DNA of 64,000 nucleotides from Candidatus Omnitrophota bacterium (lineage in GTDB: Bacteria > Omnitrophota > Gorgyraeia > Tantalellales > Tantalellaceae). Made by a program: the position numbers and the translations under genes. Every line of letters begins with the position of its first letter. Position 1 is the stretch's first letter. Positions 38,674-48,310 of the stretch are shown here, piece by piece. The stretch is taken from contig JBDRLO010000024.1 in NCBI GenBank assembly GCA_043812935.1, positions 9,295 to 73,294 on the forward strand, read 5' to 3'. The notes under the pieces were generated by a model that made no database searches, had not been told where the DNA came from, and was given only the letters and a program-made list of their open reading frames with translations.

Positions 38674-39039
38674 GCTCATTGAAGTAAATTGGGTGATTGC
38701 TTTTTGATTTTTTTGTCAAAAAGAGGAAAGTCCGGGCTCCAAATAGCGGCGTAGCGGGTAATGCCCGTCCATTGAAAAATGAGGATTAGAGCCACAGAGA
38801 CGAGACTTTGCTTTAGGGCAAAGGGTGAAACGCGGTAATCTCTACGCGGAGCAAGGTCAAATAGGGAAGGAATCAGGAAAATCCGGTACATGCGGATAGA
38901 CTGGTGCGAAATGGCTAGTTTCGCCATAACTTCCGGGTAGACCGCAAAAGGTTTTACAGTAATGTAAACCGTAGATGGATAATCACCAGGCAGATTTATC
39001 TGTTAACAGAACCCGGCTTATAGATTTGCTTCAATGAGT
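38674..39039 (+). ncRNA. rnpB: RNase P RNA (bacterial type A)
   Basis: hallmark GAGGAAAGTCCGGGCTCC near the 5' end and ACAGAACCCGGCTTA near the 3' end; P1 pairing gctcattgaag / cttcaatgag; about 366 nt. Confidence 0.85.
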
Positions 39040-39058
39040 TGCTTAAAATCATATATAT

Positions 39059-39796
39059 ATGAACCAAATACTTTCCATAAAAAATTTGAATTATACTTAT
39101 AAAACCGGCCGAACTTCTGTTCCTGCCTTGACTGATTTAACGTTTGATGTATCAGATGGAGAAATCTTCGGGTTTATTGGACCCAATGGCGCGGGAAAAA
39201 CAACTACTATAAAACTTCTGTTAAATATTCTTGCCGTTCAGAAAGGCAAAGTTCTTTTATTCGGCAAGTCGCCCTCACGTCCGGACAGCCGGAAGCAAAT
39301 AGGATATATGCCGGAAATTGCCAATTACTATTGGTACCTTACTCCGCGTGAGCTTTTAAACATGTACGGCAGGATTTTTGGAATAGACAGAATTACACTT
39401 AAAACAAAAGTTCCTGTACTTCTTAATATTGTGGGTTTGGAGGAAGACGGGGACAGGCTTATGGGGACTTTTTCAAAGGGTATGATGCAGAAAATAAGTT
39501 TTGCGCAGGCATTGATTAACGATCCAAAGCTTTTAATACTTGATGAACCAATGGGCGGGCTGGATCCAGTTTCACGAAAGAAAATGCGGGATGTTATACA
39601 TGAGCTTCGCAGCCAGGGGAAAACCATTTTTTTCTCTTCACATGAACTTTCGGAAGTGGAGCTTATTAGTGACAGGATTGGGATTTTAAGTAAAGGGTGT
39701 TTATTGGCATCCGCGTCAACAAAGAACCTTTTGACAAATAAGGGCGAGGCTCAATCTTTGGAAAGTTACTTTTTAGACATAATTACGAATAAATAA
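39059..39796 (+). CDS. ABC transporter ATP-binding protein
   Basis: Walker A GPNGAGKTT, signature and Walker B LILDEP motifs. Confidence 0.9.
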   Translation: MNQILSIKNLNYTYKTGRTSVPALTDLTFDVSDGEIFGFIGPNGAGKTTTIKLLLNILAVQKGKVLLFGKSPSRPDSRKQIGYMPEIANYYWYLTPRELLNMYGRIFGIDRITLKTKVPVLLNIVGLEEDGDRLMGTFSKGMMQKISFAQALINDPKLLILDEPMGGLDPVSRKKMRDVIHELRSQGKTIFFSSHELSEVELISDRIGILSKGCLLASASTKNLLTNKGEAQSLESYFLDIITNK

Positions 39797-39859
39797 ACTA
39801 ATATTTTTAATAGCCGCGCAAAATGTTTCAAAGCAAAATAGTGAGAGAGAGGTTATAAA

Positions 39860-40630
39860 ATGGGTGCTGTTTTTGCAATTACCCGCGCGATGATAAAAGA
39901 ATTAATCCGAAAAAAAGATTTTTATGTTTTATCTCTTTTGCTGATTTGTTTTCTTGTCTTTTTATCAACTCAGAATTTTTTTCAAGTTGACGGTATTTCC
40001 CGATATATTAAAGATTTAGGCTATTCCTTAATGACGTTTTTCGCGTTTATTATTGCGGTCATATTTACCGCGAAGCAGCTTCCTTCTGAAATTGAAAGCC
40101 GAACAATATATCCGCTGTTAGCAAAGCCGTTGAGCCGTCATATGCTTATTCTGTCAAAATTTTTCGGGAGCCTGATTATTTCAATAAGCTCATATTCAAT
40201 ATTTTTTTGCGTTTTTGTTTTGTTTTGCTTTTTAAAAAACACGGGTATTAATAATGTTTTGTTATTGCAGGCTTTTATTTTCGGTATTCTTTTTCTTTGC
40301 CTGACATCTTCGGTTGTAATTTTTTTGTCTACATTTTTAACAATGGCGGCAAACGTGACAATATCATTTTTGATATATTTTCTTATAACCGGGTTTGCGG
40401 ATGTTTTATACACTGCGGCGGTTTACTCCAAAGGGTTAAAGGAGGCGGGGCTGGGCGTTTTGTACTATATTATTCCGCATATGGATTTTTATGATTTACG
40501 TTTGCGTATTACACACGCGTGGGATCCTTTGAAATTTTGGGACGTTGCGGTTGTTATCGGCTATACGCTGGTGTATTGTTCTTTTCTTTTGTATTTTGCG
40601 GGGAATATTTTTAAAGGGAAACGGCTTTGA
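39860..40630 (+). CDS. ABC-2-type transporter permease
   Basis: six TM segments, immediately downstream of ABC ATPase. Confidence 0.7.
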   Translation: MGAVFAITRAMIKELIRKKDFYVLSLLLICFLVFLSTQNFFQVDGISRYIKDLGYSLMTFFAFIIAVIFTAKQLPSEIESRTIYPLLAKPLSRHMLILSKFFGSLIISISSYSIFFCVFVLFCFLKNTGINNVLLLQAFIFGILFLCLTSSVVIFLSTFLTMAANVTISFLIYFLITGFADVLYTAAVYSKGLKEAGLGVLYYIIPHMDFYDLRLRITHAWDPLKFWDVAVVIGYTLVYCSFLLYFAGNIFKGKRL

Positions 40631-41397
40631 ATATTAAAAATATTGCAATAATTCTCATATGGTTCTTATCGGTTATTTTATGCGTTTCAACAATAATGTC
40701 TGCCGATTCTGTCCAGGCGGTATCTTATCCATTCGATTCTGCCCCATTTTTTATCCAGTTATTAGGAGAAGGAAAATCAGTTGTTTCTGCGTGGTCATTC
40801 CTGCAGGCGGATCTTTATTACCATGGGGGAGTGGGGCATTTATGCGAGGACGAAGCTGATCATGATGAGCATGATAAACAGCCCGTCATAAGCGAATGGA
40901 ATGTTTTGTTCCGGTTGAAAGATGATCTGAATATTACGGAGCATATACATCTGAAAGGTAATGATTTAAAGGAAATACTGCCATGGCTGTATTATTCCGC
41001 GGAAATTGACCCGCATAACGTGCAGGCCATAACAACGACTGCGTTTTATGTCGCGGATATGTTTGGTAAGCCTGAAGAAGCAATAAGTTATTTGCGAAAA
41101 GGGCTAAGGAATAATATTAATTCCTGGGAGATTTACGCGGAAATGGGAATAATCTATTTCAGATTTATAAATAATTCTGCTAAAGCCGTTAATTTTCTAG
41201 TGCGCGCGGAACAATTAATGTTAAAAAGTGAACATAACAAATATCAGGAAAGATCTGTCCTTACCTTTCTTGCTGCAAGTTACGTTAAGTTGGGTCAAAA
41301 TGAAGACGCGTTTCGTGTTTATTCACGTTTGGCAGAACTTTTCCCCGAAGAAGAAGCCTTTAAAAAGAAATTGGATAAGTTAGAAAAGAATATGTAA
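40627..41397 (+). CDS. secreted TPR-like repeat protein
   Basis: N-terminal signal/TM; C-terminal TPR-like helical repeats; overlaps permease stop. Confidence 0.45.
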   Translation: MNIKNIAIILIWFLSVILCVSTIMSADSVQAVSYPFDSAPFFIQLLGEGKSVVSAWSFLQADLYYHGGVGHLCEDEADHDEHDKQPVISEWNVLFRLKDDLNITEHIHLKGNDLKEILPWLYYSAEIDPHNVQAITTTAFYVADMFGKPEEAISYLRKGLRNNINSWEIYAEMGIIYFRFINNSAKAVNFLVRAEQLMLKSEHNKYQERSVLTFLAASYVKLGQNEDAFRVYSRLAELFPEEEAFKKKLDKLEKNM

Positions 41398-41501
41398 CAT
41401 GCGGCATTATATCCACTTAAATTGAGAATGGACTTGACTTTGCGAAATTTATATGTTATCATGTGAACAATTGTTCATATGATAACATTGGGGGAAGTAA
41501 A

Positions 41502-41828
41502 ATGCGGGCAAAGATTTTGGCTGATATAAAGAAAAGGATGAAGGGTAGAATAGTAATTGATAAATTATCCAGGACTTTTAGTGTTTTAGGAGATTCGACT
41601 AGAATAAGGATTATTTTCGCGTTATTGAGAGAAGAGCTTTGTGTCGCGGAACTCTCTCTTCTTTTGCAAATAAGCCATTCGGCGATATCGCATCAATTGA
41701 GGGCATTAAAGGATCTTGATTTGGTAAAAAACCGAAAAGAGGGGAAAAAGGTTTATTATTCTCTTAGCGATAAACACATTAAAAACCTTTTTGATGAAGG
41801 GTTGAAACATGTTCTGGAAAAAGTATAG
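41502..41828 (+). CDS. ArsR/SmtB-family metalloregulatory transcriptional regulator
   Basis: HTH pattern RIRIIFALLREELCVAELS...ISHSAISHQLRALKD; directly upstream of feoAB. Confidence 0.7.
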   Translation: MRAKILADIKKRMKGRIVIDKLSRTFSVLGDSTRIRIIFALLREELCVAELSLLLQISHSAISHQLRALKDLDLVKNRKEGKKVYYSLSDKHIKNLFDEGLKHVLEKV

Positions 41829-42050
41829 TGTTTATAAATACGAAAATGTTATTAAAATATGTTAAGGTTATGCAAAACATTATGGTTGGTTTTTTCGGCT
41901 TGCTTGTATTGAACAAAGCTGAAGATATTTGGAATCTATAATTCGTTTATAGAGATTTCGGGACTAAGCATTAGTGTTCGTTTGGGATGATAACCAGCGG
42001 GATTTATCCTCTTGCAGAACTTTTTAAATATAATAGAAATGGAGAAGGCA

Positions 42051-42284
42051 ATGGGTTCATTAAATTTAACACAGCTTAAGGTAAAGCAGCAGGCTGAAGT
42101 TTTGGAAATAGACGGCGGGCAGGTTCTTGTTCAGAGGCTTGAGTCTTTAGGCATACGAGCTGGTATTCAAATAACAAAAATTAGTTCGCATTTTTGGAGA
42201 GGTCCGGTTACGGTATTAGTCGGAAAAACAAAAATCGCTATTGGTTATGGAATGGCTAAAAAAATAAAAGTTATGGTAAAATAA
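42051..42284 (+). CDS. feoA: FeoA-family protein
   Basis: about 77 aa SH3-like FeoA pattern (LTQLKVKQQAEVLEI...GIRAG); RBS ggagaagg before the ATG at 42051. Confidence 0.7.
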   Translation: MGSLNLTQLKVKQQAEVLEIDGGQVLVQRLESLGIRAGIQITKISSHFWRGPVTVLVGKTKIAIGYGMAKKIKVMVK

Positions 42285-42285
42285 T

Positions 42286-44010
42286 ATGTCTTCGAGGGAA
42301 TCAAAAATTCTTCTTATGGGTAATCCCAATGTTGGGAAGAGCGCTATATTTTCACGCTTAACCGGCGCTAAAGTTACTATTTCAAATTATCCCGGAACAA
42401 CGGTTGGCTTAAGTCAGGGCTATATGAAGTTTCGCCCGGATGAGATGGGTCTTGTTATAGATGTTCCGGGTATCTACGGGTTAGAACCGTTGTCAAAGGC
42501 CGACGAAGTTGCCGTTGATATGTTAACGAAAGGCGACGTAATAATCAATGTTGTTGATGCAACCAATCTTGAGAGAAATCTTTTCTTAACACTTGAACTT
42601 AAAGAAAAAAATCCATTTATTATAGTTGCCCTTAATATGTGGGATGAAACCCGGCATAAGGGCATAGAAATAAATGTTGAAAAACTCGAAAAAGAATTGG
42701 GGATTTCTGTTGTTCCTGTGTGCGGTATTACCGGATTTGGGATTAAAGAACTTAGGGAAAGGCTTGCGAATCTGGAAAAAACCGAAAAAAATTTTTTAAC
42801 AAAAGATCAGAAATGGGAAGAGATAGGGCGTGTATTGGAAATTTCTCAGGTTTTGCATCACCATCATCATACTCTTCTTGAAAGATTTGAGGATATAAGC
42901 ACACGTCCGGGAACAGGGCTTCCCATAGCCGTTTTGGTCGTGTATTGTTCTTTTATGCTTATTCGGTTTATAGGGGAGGCTCTTATTCAAAATGTTTTTG
43001 AGCCGCTGTTTACAAAGATCTGGATGCCTTTTTTAGAAAGAATCAGCGTTTTAATGGGCAATGAAGGTTTTTTTCATGATGTACTCATTGGCAGACTGAT
43101 AGATGGAAACATTGATTATGGCCAGTCTTTCGGGCTTTTAAGTACCGGGTTGTATGTTCCTGTTGCAGCAGTTTTACCATATATCTTGAGTTTTTATCTA
43201 ATATTAGGCATACTTGAAGACTTGGGGTATTTGCCTCGGTTAGCAACACAGGTTGATAACCTTATGCACCGAATAGGGCTTCATGGGTACGCGATAGTTC
43301 CTATGATATTGGGGCTGGGTTGTAATGTTCCTGGAGCCATGGCTTTACGGCTTCTGGAAAACAGACGTGAAAAATTTATAGCAGCGACGCTTATGGCCGT
43401 TGCAGTACCTTGTATGGCGCAAATAGCTATGATAGTCGGATTAGTAGGCCAGCGCGGAGGACGTTATGTGGCATTAATTTTTGGAATACTTTTTTCAATT
43501 GTTGTAATTAAAGGTGTTTTAATGAACGCAATAATGCCGGGAAAAAGTCCTGAAATTTTATGGGAAATCCCGCCGTATAGGATGCCTCATCCAAAAGCTG
43601 TGATAAAGAAACTTTGGATGAGGGTCGGGGAATTTTTAAAAGAAGCTGTGCCGTATGTGCTTTTGGGCGTTTTTATTGTAAATATGCTTTATGCGTTAAA
43701 AATTTTTGATGTATTATCACGGATATTTGCGCCGATATTGACAGGAATGTGGGGGTTGCCGAAAGAAACAATATCAGCTCTTATGATGGGGTTTTTACGA
43801 AAAGATGTTGCAGTGGGTATGTTAGCTCCCCTTTCATTGACAACTAAACAACTTGTAATTACATGCACAATTTTAGCGGTTTATTTTCCGTGCATGGCGA
43901 CCTTTATAGTTATGCTTCGTGAGTTGGGGATTAAAGATATGTTAAAGTCCGCGTTTTTAATGATATTAACCGCGTTAATTGTTGGAGTATTGCTGAATAT
44001 TTTTCTCTGA
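42286..44010 (+). CDS. feoB: ferrous iron transporter FeoB (short form, 574 aa)
   Basis: N-terminal G-domain GNPNVGKS, DVPG switch, NMWD; polytopic membrane domain with gate motifs. Confidence 0.85.
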   Translation: MSSRESKILLMGNPNVGKSAIFSRLTGAKVTISNYPGTTVGLSQGYMKFRPDEMGLVIDVPGIYGLEPLSKADEVAVDMLTKGDVIINVVDATNLERNLFLTLELKEKNPFIIVALNMWDETRHKGIEINVEKLEKELGISVVPVCGITGFGIKELRERLANLEKTEKNFLTKDQKWEEIGRVLEISQVLHHHHHTLLERFEDISTRPGTGLPIAVLVVYCSFMLIRFIGEALIQNVFEPLFTKIWMPFLERISVLMGNEGFFHDVLIGRLIDGNIDYGQSFGLLSTGLYVPVAAVLPYILSFYLILGILEDLGYLPRLATQVDNLMHRIGLHGYAIVPMILGLGCNVPGAMALRLLENRREKFIAATLMAVAVPCMAQIAMIVGLVGQRGGRYVALIFGILFSIVVIKGVLMNAIMPGKSPEILWEIPPYRMPHPKAVIKKLWMRVGEFLKEAVPYVLLGVFIVNMLYALKIFDVLSRIFAPILTGMWGLPKETISALMMGFLRKDVAVGMLAPLSLTTKQLVITCTILAVYFPCMATFIVMLRELGIKDMLKSAFLMILTALIVGVLLNIFL

Positions 44011-44043
44011 TTGTCCGTAACAGTACTTTGACGGGAGCAGATT

Positions 44044-45225
44044 GTGAAAGAAAAATATATAGAAAAGCTAAATGGTTTGTGGCATAAAAAAATGTCACGC
44101 AGGGATTTTATAAAAAAAACCATTGCCGCAGGCATAACAGCAGGGACTTCTATGTATCTTTTGGATGTCGGTGCAAGGTACAAAACATATGCTGCAATTG
44201 GTGAAAAAAGAGGAATGCATGAAGCCCTTTTTTATGAGAAAATGGGGGAGGGAAGTGTTCGCTGTCTATTATGCCCCAATGAATGTATGCTCTCGAATGG
44301 TGCCAGAGGTTTTTGTCGTGTGCGCGAACCTATAAACGGAAAATTATATACATTGGTTTATGAACTTATTTGTTCCGCGCATGTTGATCCGATTGAAAAA
44401 AAACCATTATTTCATGTTTTGCCGGGCAGTAAATCTTTTTCAATTGCTACAGCCGGATGTAATTCACGATGTAAATTCTGTCAAAACTGGACAATTTCAC
44501 AACGTCCTCCCGAAGAAACAGTTAACCAGGTGTTGACTAACATGAACCTGACTTTAACCGCTAAACAAAATGACTGCGCTTCTATCGCGTATACTTATAC
44601 GGAACCCATTGTTTTTTATGAATATGTACTTGACGCCGGCAGGATCGCGAAAGAGAACGGGCTTCTTAATATTCTTGTAACGGGAGGTAAAATTAACGCG
44701 GAACCGCTAAAAAAATTATGCCAAGTAGCTTCTGCCGCTAATGTTGACTTAAAATCGTTTAATAACAAGTATATGAAAGAGGTATGCGCGCAGGATCTTG
44801 ATAATATTCTACAAACACTTACAATATTGCGGCAGCGGGGGGTTTGGGTTGAAATAACCAATTTGATAGTGCCAACGCTTAATGACAATATGGATGATAT
44901 AAGGCGCATGGTAAAATGGATTAAATCTAATCTTGGACCGGATGTTCCAATGCATTTTTCAAGGTTTTGGCCGCAGTATAAACTGCGTTCGTTATATCCG
45001 ACACCAGTTGAAACTTTGAAACAAGCCAGAGAAATGGCCATGGCAGAAGGTTTGAATTACGTTTATGTCGGGAACGTTCCGGAAGAAGATACGGAAAGCA
45101 CGATATGTCCGAATTGTAAAAATAAAGTAATAAAAAGAATAGGTTATAAGATAATTCAGAACAATGTATCTTCTAACGGCAAATGCAAATTTTGCGGACA
45201 TGAAATTGCAGGGATATGGAGTTAG
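44044..45225 (+). CDS. AmmeMemoRadiSam system radical SAM enzyme (AmrS-like) with N-terminal twin-arginine signal peptide
   Basis: CLLCPNECMLSNGARGFCRVR and radical-SAM CNSRCKFCQNW cluster; N-terminal SRRDFIKKTIAAGITAGTSMYLL matches Tat consensus S/T-R-R-x-F-L-K plus h-region. Confidence 0.75.
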   Translation: MKEKYIEKLNGLWHKKMSRRDFIKKTIAAGITAGTSMYLLDVGARYKTYAAIGEKRGMHEALFYEKMGEGSVRCLLCPNECMLSNGARGFCRVREPINGKLYTLVYELICSAHVDPIEKKPLFHVLPGSKSFSIATAGCNSRCKFCQNWTISQRPPEETVNQVLTNMNLTLTAKQNDCASIAYTYTEPIVFYEYVLDAGRIAKENGLLNILVTGGKINAEPLKKLCQVASAANVDLKSFNNKYMKEVCAQDLDNILQTLTILRQRGVWVEITNLIVPTLNDNMDDIRRMVKWIKSNLGPDVPMHFSRFWPQYKLRSLYPTPVETLKQAREMAMAEGLNYVYVGNVPEEDTESTICPNCKNKVIKRIGYKIIQNNVSSNGKCKFCGHEIAGIWS

Positions 45226-45339
45226 ATACATCATAGAGAAACTTGTGTTTTAAAATATAAAAAAGAATAAAGTAACAGTTGTGTTGAATTTCGGGAGGGT
45301 ATCCGGTTTAGTTAAAGGAAAACAAACAAGGAGGGGATT

Positions 45340-45801
45340 ATGGTAAGGAAGGTGTTTTTATCAGTTATGGTACTATGTGTTTTTGCTCTGGCATTTGTTC
45401 CTGTTCAGCAGGCGTTTGCGTTCGGGCACAAAGGGGGAGAGGATTACGGCAAAGATAAATCATGTTATGGCGAAGCGGGATGCGGGTTTTATAAAACCAT
45501 ACACCATGTGTTATACAAAAAGAAAGAATTGGATCTTTCTGCGGATCAGGTAAATCAGATAAAGTTGCTTGTGAAACAAATAAAAAAAGATAACATTAAT
45601 ATGGATGCCCAAATAAAAACGTTAAAAGTTGAAATTGATACCATGATGTGGGAATTTCCCTTTGAAACTGAAGGCGTAAATGATCTTGTTGCGCAGAAGT
45701 ATGACCTTAAAAAACAAAAGGCCCAACGTTTGGTAGCGGCGAACGACAAATTAAAAGCGATTTTAACAAGTGAGCAGTTAGAAAAACTTAAGACACTGTA
45801 A
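45340..45801 (+). CDS. Spy/CpxP-family periplasmic protein (LTxxQ motif)
   Basis: signal peptide, helical protein with LSADQ and LTSEQ (LTxxQ) motifs. Confidence 0.5.
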   Translation: MVRKVFLSVMVLCVFALAFVPVQQAFAFGHKGGEDYGKDKSCYGEAGCGFYKTIHHVLYKKKELDLSADQVNQIKLLVKQIKKDNINMDAQIKTLKVEIDTMMWEFPFETEGVNDLVAQKYDLKKQKAQRLVAANDKLKAILTSEQLEKLKTL

Positions 45802-45818
45802 ACATTCAAAAGTTTAAT

Positions 45819-46988
45819 ATGTCAAAAAGAGCGTTTTGGATATTGCTAATAGCCGCATTCTCATCAATGTTGGGTTTAGGTATTATATCTCCATTTTTGC
45901 CGGAATTTGCTGAGGAACACGGCGCGAACGGTTTTTGGCTCGGTATGATATTCGCCGGCTTTGGTTTTTCGCGCAGCTTTATTATGCCAATTGTTGGAAA
46001 ACTGTTTGATAAAGCGCGCGGAAAAACCATAGTAACAAGCGGATTATTGTTATATGCCGTTGTTTCGCTTTTTTACCCGGCAGCAGGTTCAATTTTTTCG
46101 TTAATTACAATACGCGTTATTCATGGGTTTGCAGCGGGCATGATTACGCCTATTGTTATGGCGTATGTTGGTGTTTTTTCAGAAAAAGGCAGGGAGTCCG
46201 TTACAACAGGCGCTCTGAATATGATGTTTTATCTTGGGCTGGCCGCAGGCCCCTTTTTAGGCGGAATACTTAACTTTTTCTTCGGGTTTAATTCCATATT
46301 TTATGTAATGGCCGGGCTGGGGTTGATTACATTTTTTATGGTATTGTTTTTTATTCCCGGAAAAATTGAGCAGAAGTTAGTTGTGGATACGGATGATAAA
46401 GGGAAAATAAAATCATTTAAGAGTCTTATTCAGAGTAATTTTATAAAGGCAGTACTTATAATTACCGCTATTATTACGTTTATGATAGTTTTGTTTTTAG
46501 CTTTAGTCCCGTCTCTTGCTGTAATCAAACATATAGATGCAATCCACATAGGAATTATCATATCTCTTGGGATATTTTTGGGAGGTATTTTGCAAATTCC
46601 TTTTGGAAAAATTGCCGATCATTTTGATAATTTTGGTAAACTGCTTATGATTGGTATAGGAACGGCTATCGGGATGTTATCACTTTTAGCAATGCCGTTA
46701 TGTCCTGATTTTACGGCAATGCTTATTGCCGGGGTTTTTATAGGGATTGGGGCCGGAGTATCAGCCCCTGCTTTGAGCGGTATTGCGGTTATCATAGGAC
46801 AAACAGCCGGTATGGGCAGCTGGATGGGGATATTTTTTTGTGTTAAAAGCCTGTCGTTTGTGATTACACCGATTATTGCAGGAATCATAATGGATTTTTT
46901 TGGAATTGATGCCGCGTTTTACACATTAGCAATCCTGGGTTTTTTCGGCGCATGGATGTTTGTGCATTATTTACGGAAAAAGAACTAA
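45819..46988 (+). CDS. MFS transporter
   Basis: 12 TM segments, MFS-type loop motif between TM2 and TM3 (FDKARGK). Confidence 0.8.
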   Translation: MSKRAFWILLIAAFSSMLGLGIISPFLPEFAEEHGANGFWLGMIFAGFGFSRSFIMPIVGKLFDKARGKTIVTSGLLLYAVVSLFYPAAGSIFSLITIRVIHGFAAGMITPIVMAYVGVFSEKGRESVTTGALNMMFYLGLAAGPFLGGILNFFFGFNSIFYVMAGLGLITFFMVLFFIPGKIEQKLVVDTDDKGKIKSFKSLIQSNFIKAVLIITAIITFMIVLFLALVPSLAVIKHIDAIHIGIIISLGIFLGGILQIPFGKIADHFDNFGKLLMIGIGTAIGMLSLLAMPLCPDFTAMLIAGVFIGIGAGVSAPALSGIAVIIGQTAGMGSWMGIFFCVKSLSFVITPIIAGIIMDFFGIDAAFYTLAILGFFGAWMFVHYLRKKN

Positions 46989-47023
46989 CGCGTTCAAACA
47001 GAAATTAAAACGCTGAGAAAAAT

Positions 47024-47056
47024 GGGGACGATTTACAATTGTCCCCATTTTTTTTA
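47024..47056 (+). terminator. rho-independent terminator
   Basis: ggggacgatttacaattgtcccc hairpin followed by a T9 tract. Confidence 0.75.
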
Positions 47057-47322
47057 TGAATGTAATATTAACAAAACTACATTTTGAATATCTTATTTTA
47101 AAAAAATACAAAAAAAATTGAAAGAAAATACCTCTTTTTGTTGTCTCTATAAGTAGGGGGAAAAGTGTTTTCGCTGAAACTTTTTCTTCGCTTTCGGAAT
47201 TCCGGGGTTCAAAAGGGAATTTGGATAAGAATTTCGCAAGTGGGGGCTGTCTCGTTTTAGTGAAAACAACAGGGAAAACTTCCGGGTGCAAGCCCGTGAA
47301 ATTTCAGCAAAAGGAGGAACAT

Positions 47323-47688
47323 ATGAACGAGCAGGAATTTTGGAACTTTATAAAAAAGTCCTGGAAACAAGGCCGTAGAATAAAAACTTCGGTAACAAGA
47401 AATTTTATAGATCCGGAGTTACAAGTTATAGGAAAATATTTTGAAGCGCATGTATATCTTCCAAAGAATTATGAAGAACTATCAGAAGAGTTATTAATTG
47501 AAATAACGAAGCTCTTATACAGCAAAAAAATTCAATTAAAAACAAAAGAAGCAATTTTGATAATCTTGGCGCATCAAAAATCACGGGATATTCTGAAGCC
47601 CCTTGAAACATATTGCAAAAATGCCGATAAAGAAATTAAAGCTTTTGCAATGCTAGCACTTGACGAATATCGAACATGGAATAATTAG
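47323..47688 (+). CDS. hypothetical protein
   Basis: RBS aaggagg 5 nt upstream of ATG 47323; ORF track start at 47221 is probably too early; no recognisable domain. Confidence 0.45.
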   Translation: MNEQEFWNFIKKSWKQGRRIKTSVTRNFIDPELQVIGKYFEAHVYLPKNYEELSEELLIEITKLLYSKKIQLKTKEAILIILAHQKSRDILKPLETYCKNADKEIKAFAMLALDEYRTWNN

Positions 47689-48310
47689 CGGAATATGGTT
47701 GCTGATTCTTCATGAAATCAACAAAATATAGATATTAGTAGGGGGGAGGTAAAATCACGAAAATCAGTTATAAATCCGTTATTTAAGTGGTTATGTAGGG
47801 AAATTATGACAAAAATTTAAAAATATACGCTATATGCGCAAAAAAGCATCAATTCAGGCAGGATATGTCAATAAAGCCCTGAACACGTCTTATATGGCTA
47901 ATAAAGGCTATTTAAAGCTGATATATGAGTAAATTTGTGGGAATAAATGGTAGTTTGCATGAAAAAATGAATAGGTTGAATGTTTGGATATAGGTAAACA
48001 CCAATATTACATAAGACGTTATAATTAAAAGAGTTAGAATTATGAGTAGATACTAACAATAAAATGTTTAGATAAGTAGGTTGCTTTTAATGTATCTTGA
48101 GACAATGTGAGTGTATTCCGTGAATATTGGCCCAAAAGAATAAAAATGACCCACCCAGTACGAAGTTAACATAAGATACATTATCGGACGTTCAGTTGTT
48201 CTGATTTGAGGGGTTTTGGATAGATTTGTTTTGAAATCTCTGATTGTTTCTATGTTTTTTGGCTTAGTCTTGTGAATTTTGACGTGTTAGTGCTTATTAT
48301 TTACAATGAC

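Noticed and set aside
38676-38927. 83-aa minus-strand ORF
   Set aside because: Lies entirely inside the RNase P RNA gene identified by its universal P4 sequences
41830-42050. Possible Fur box upstream of feoAB (AATGTT...AACATT inverted repeat in AT-rich DNA)
   Set aside because: Only weak resemblance to the GATAATGATAATCATTATC consensus; indistinguishable from background AT-richness without a genome-wide motif model
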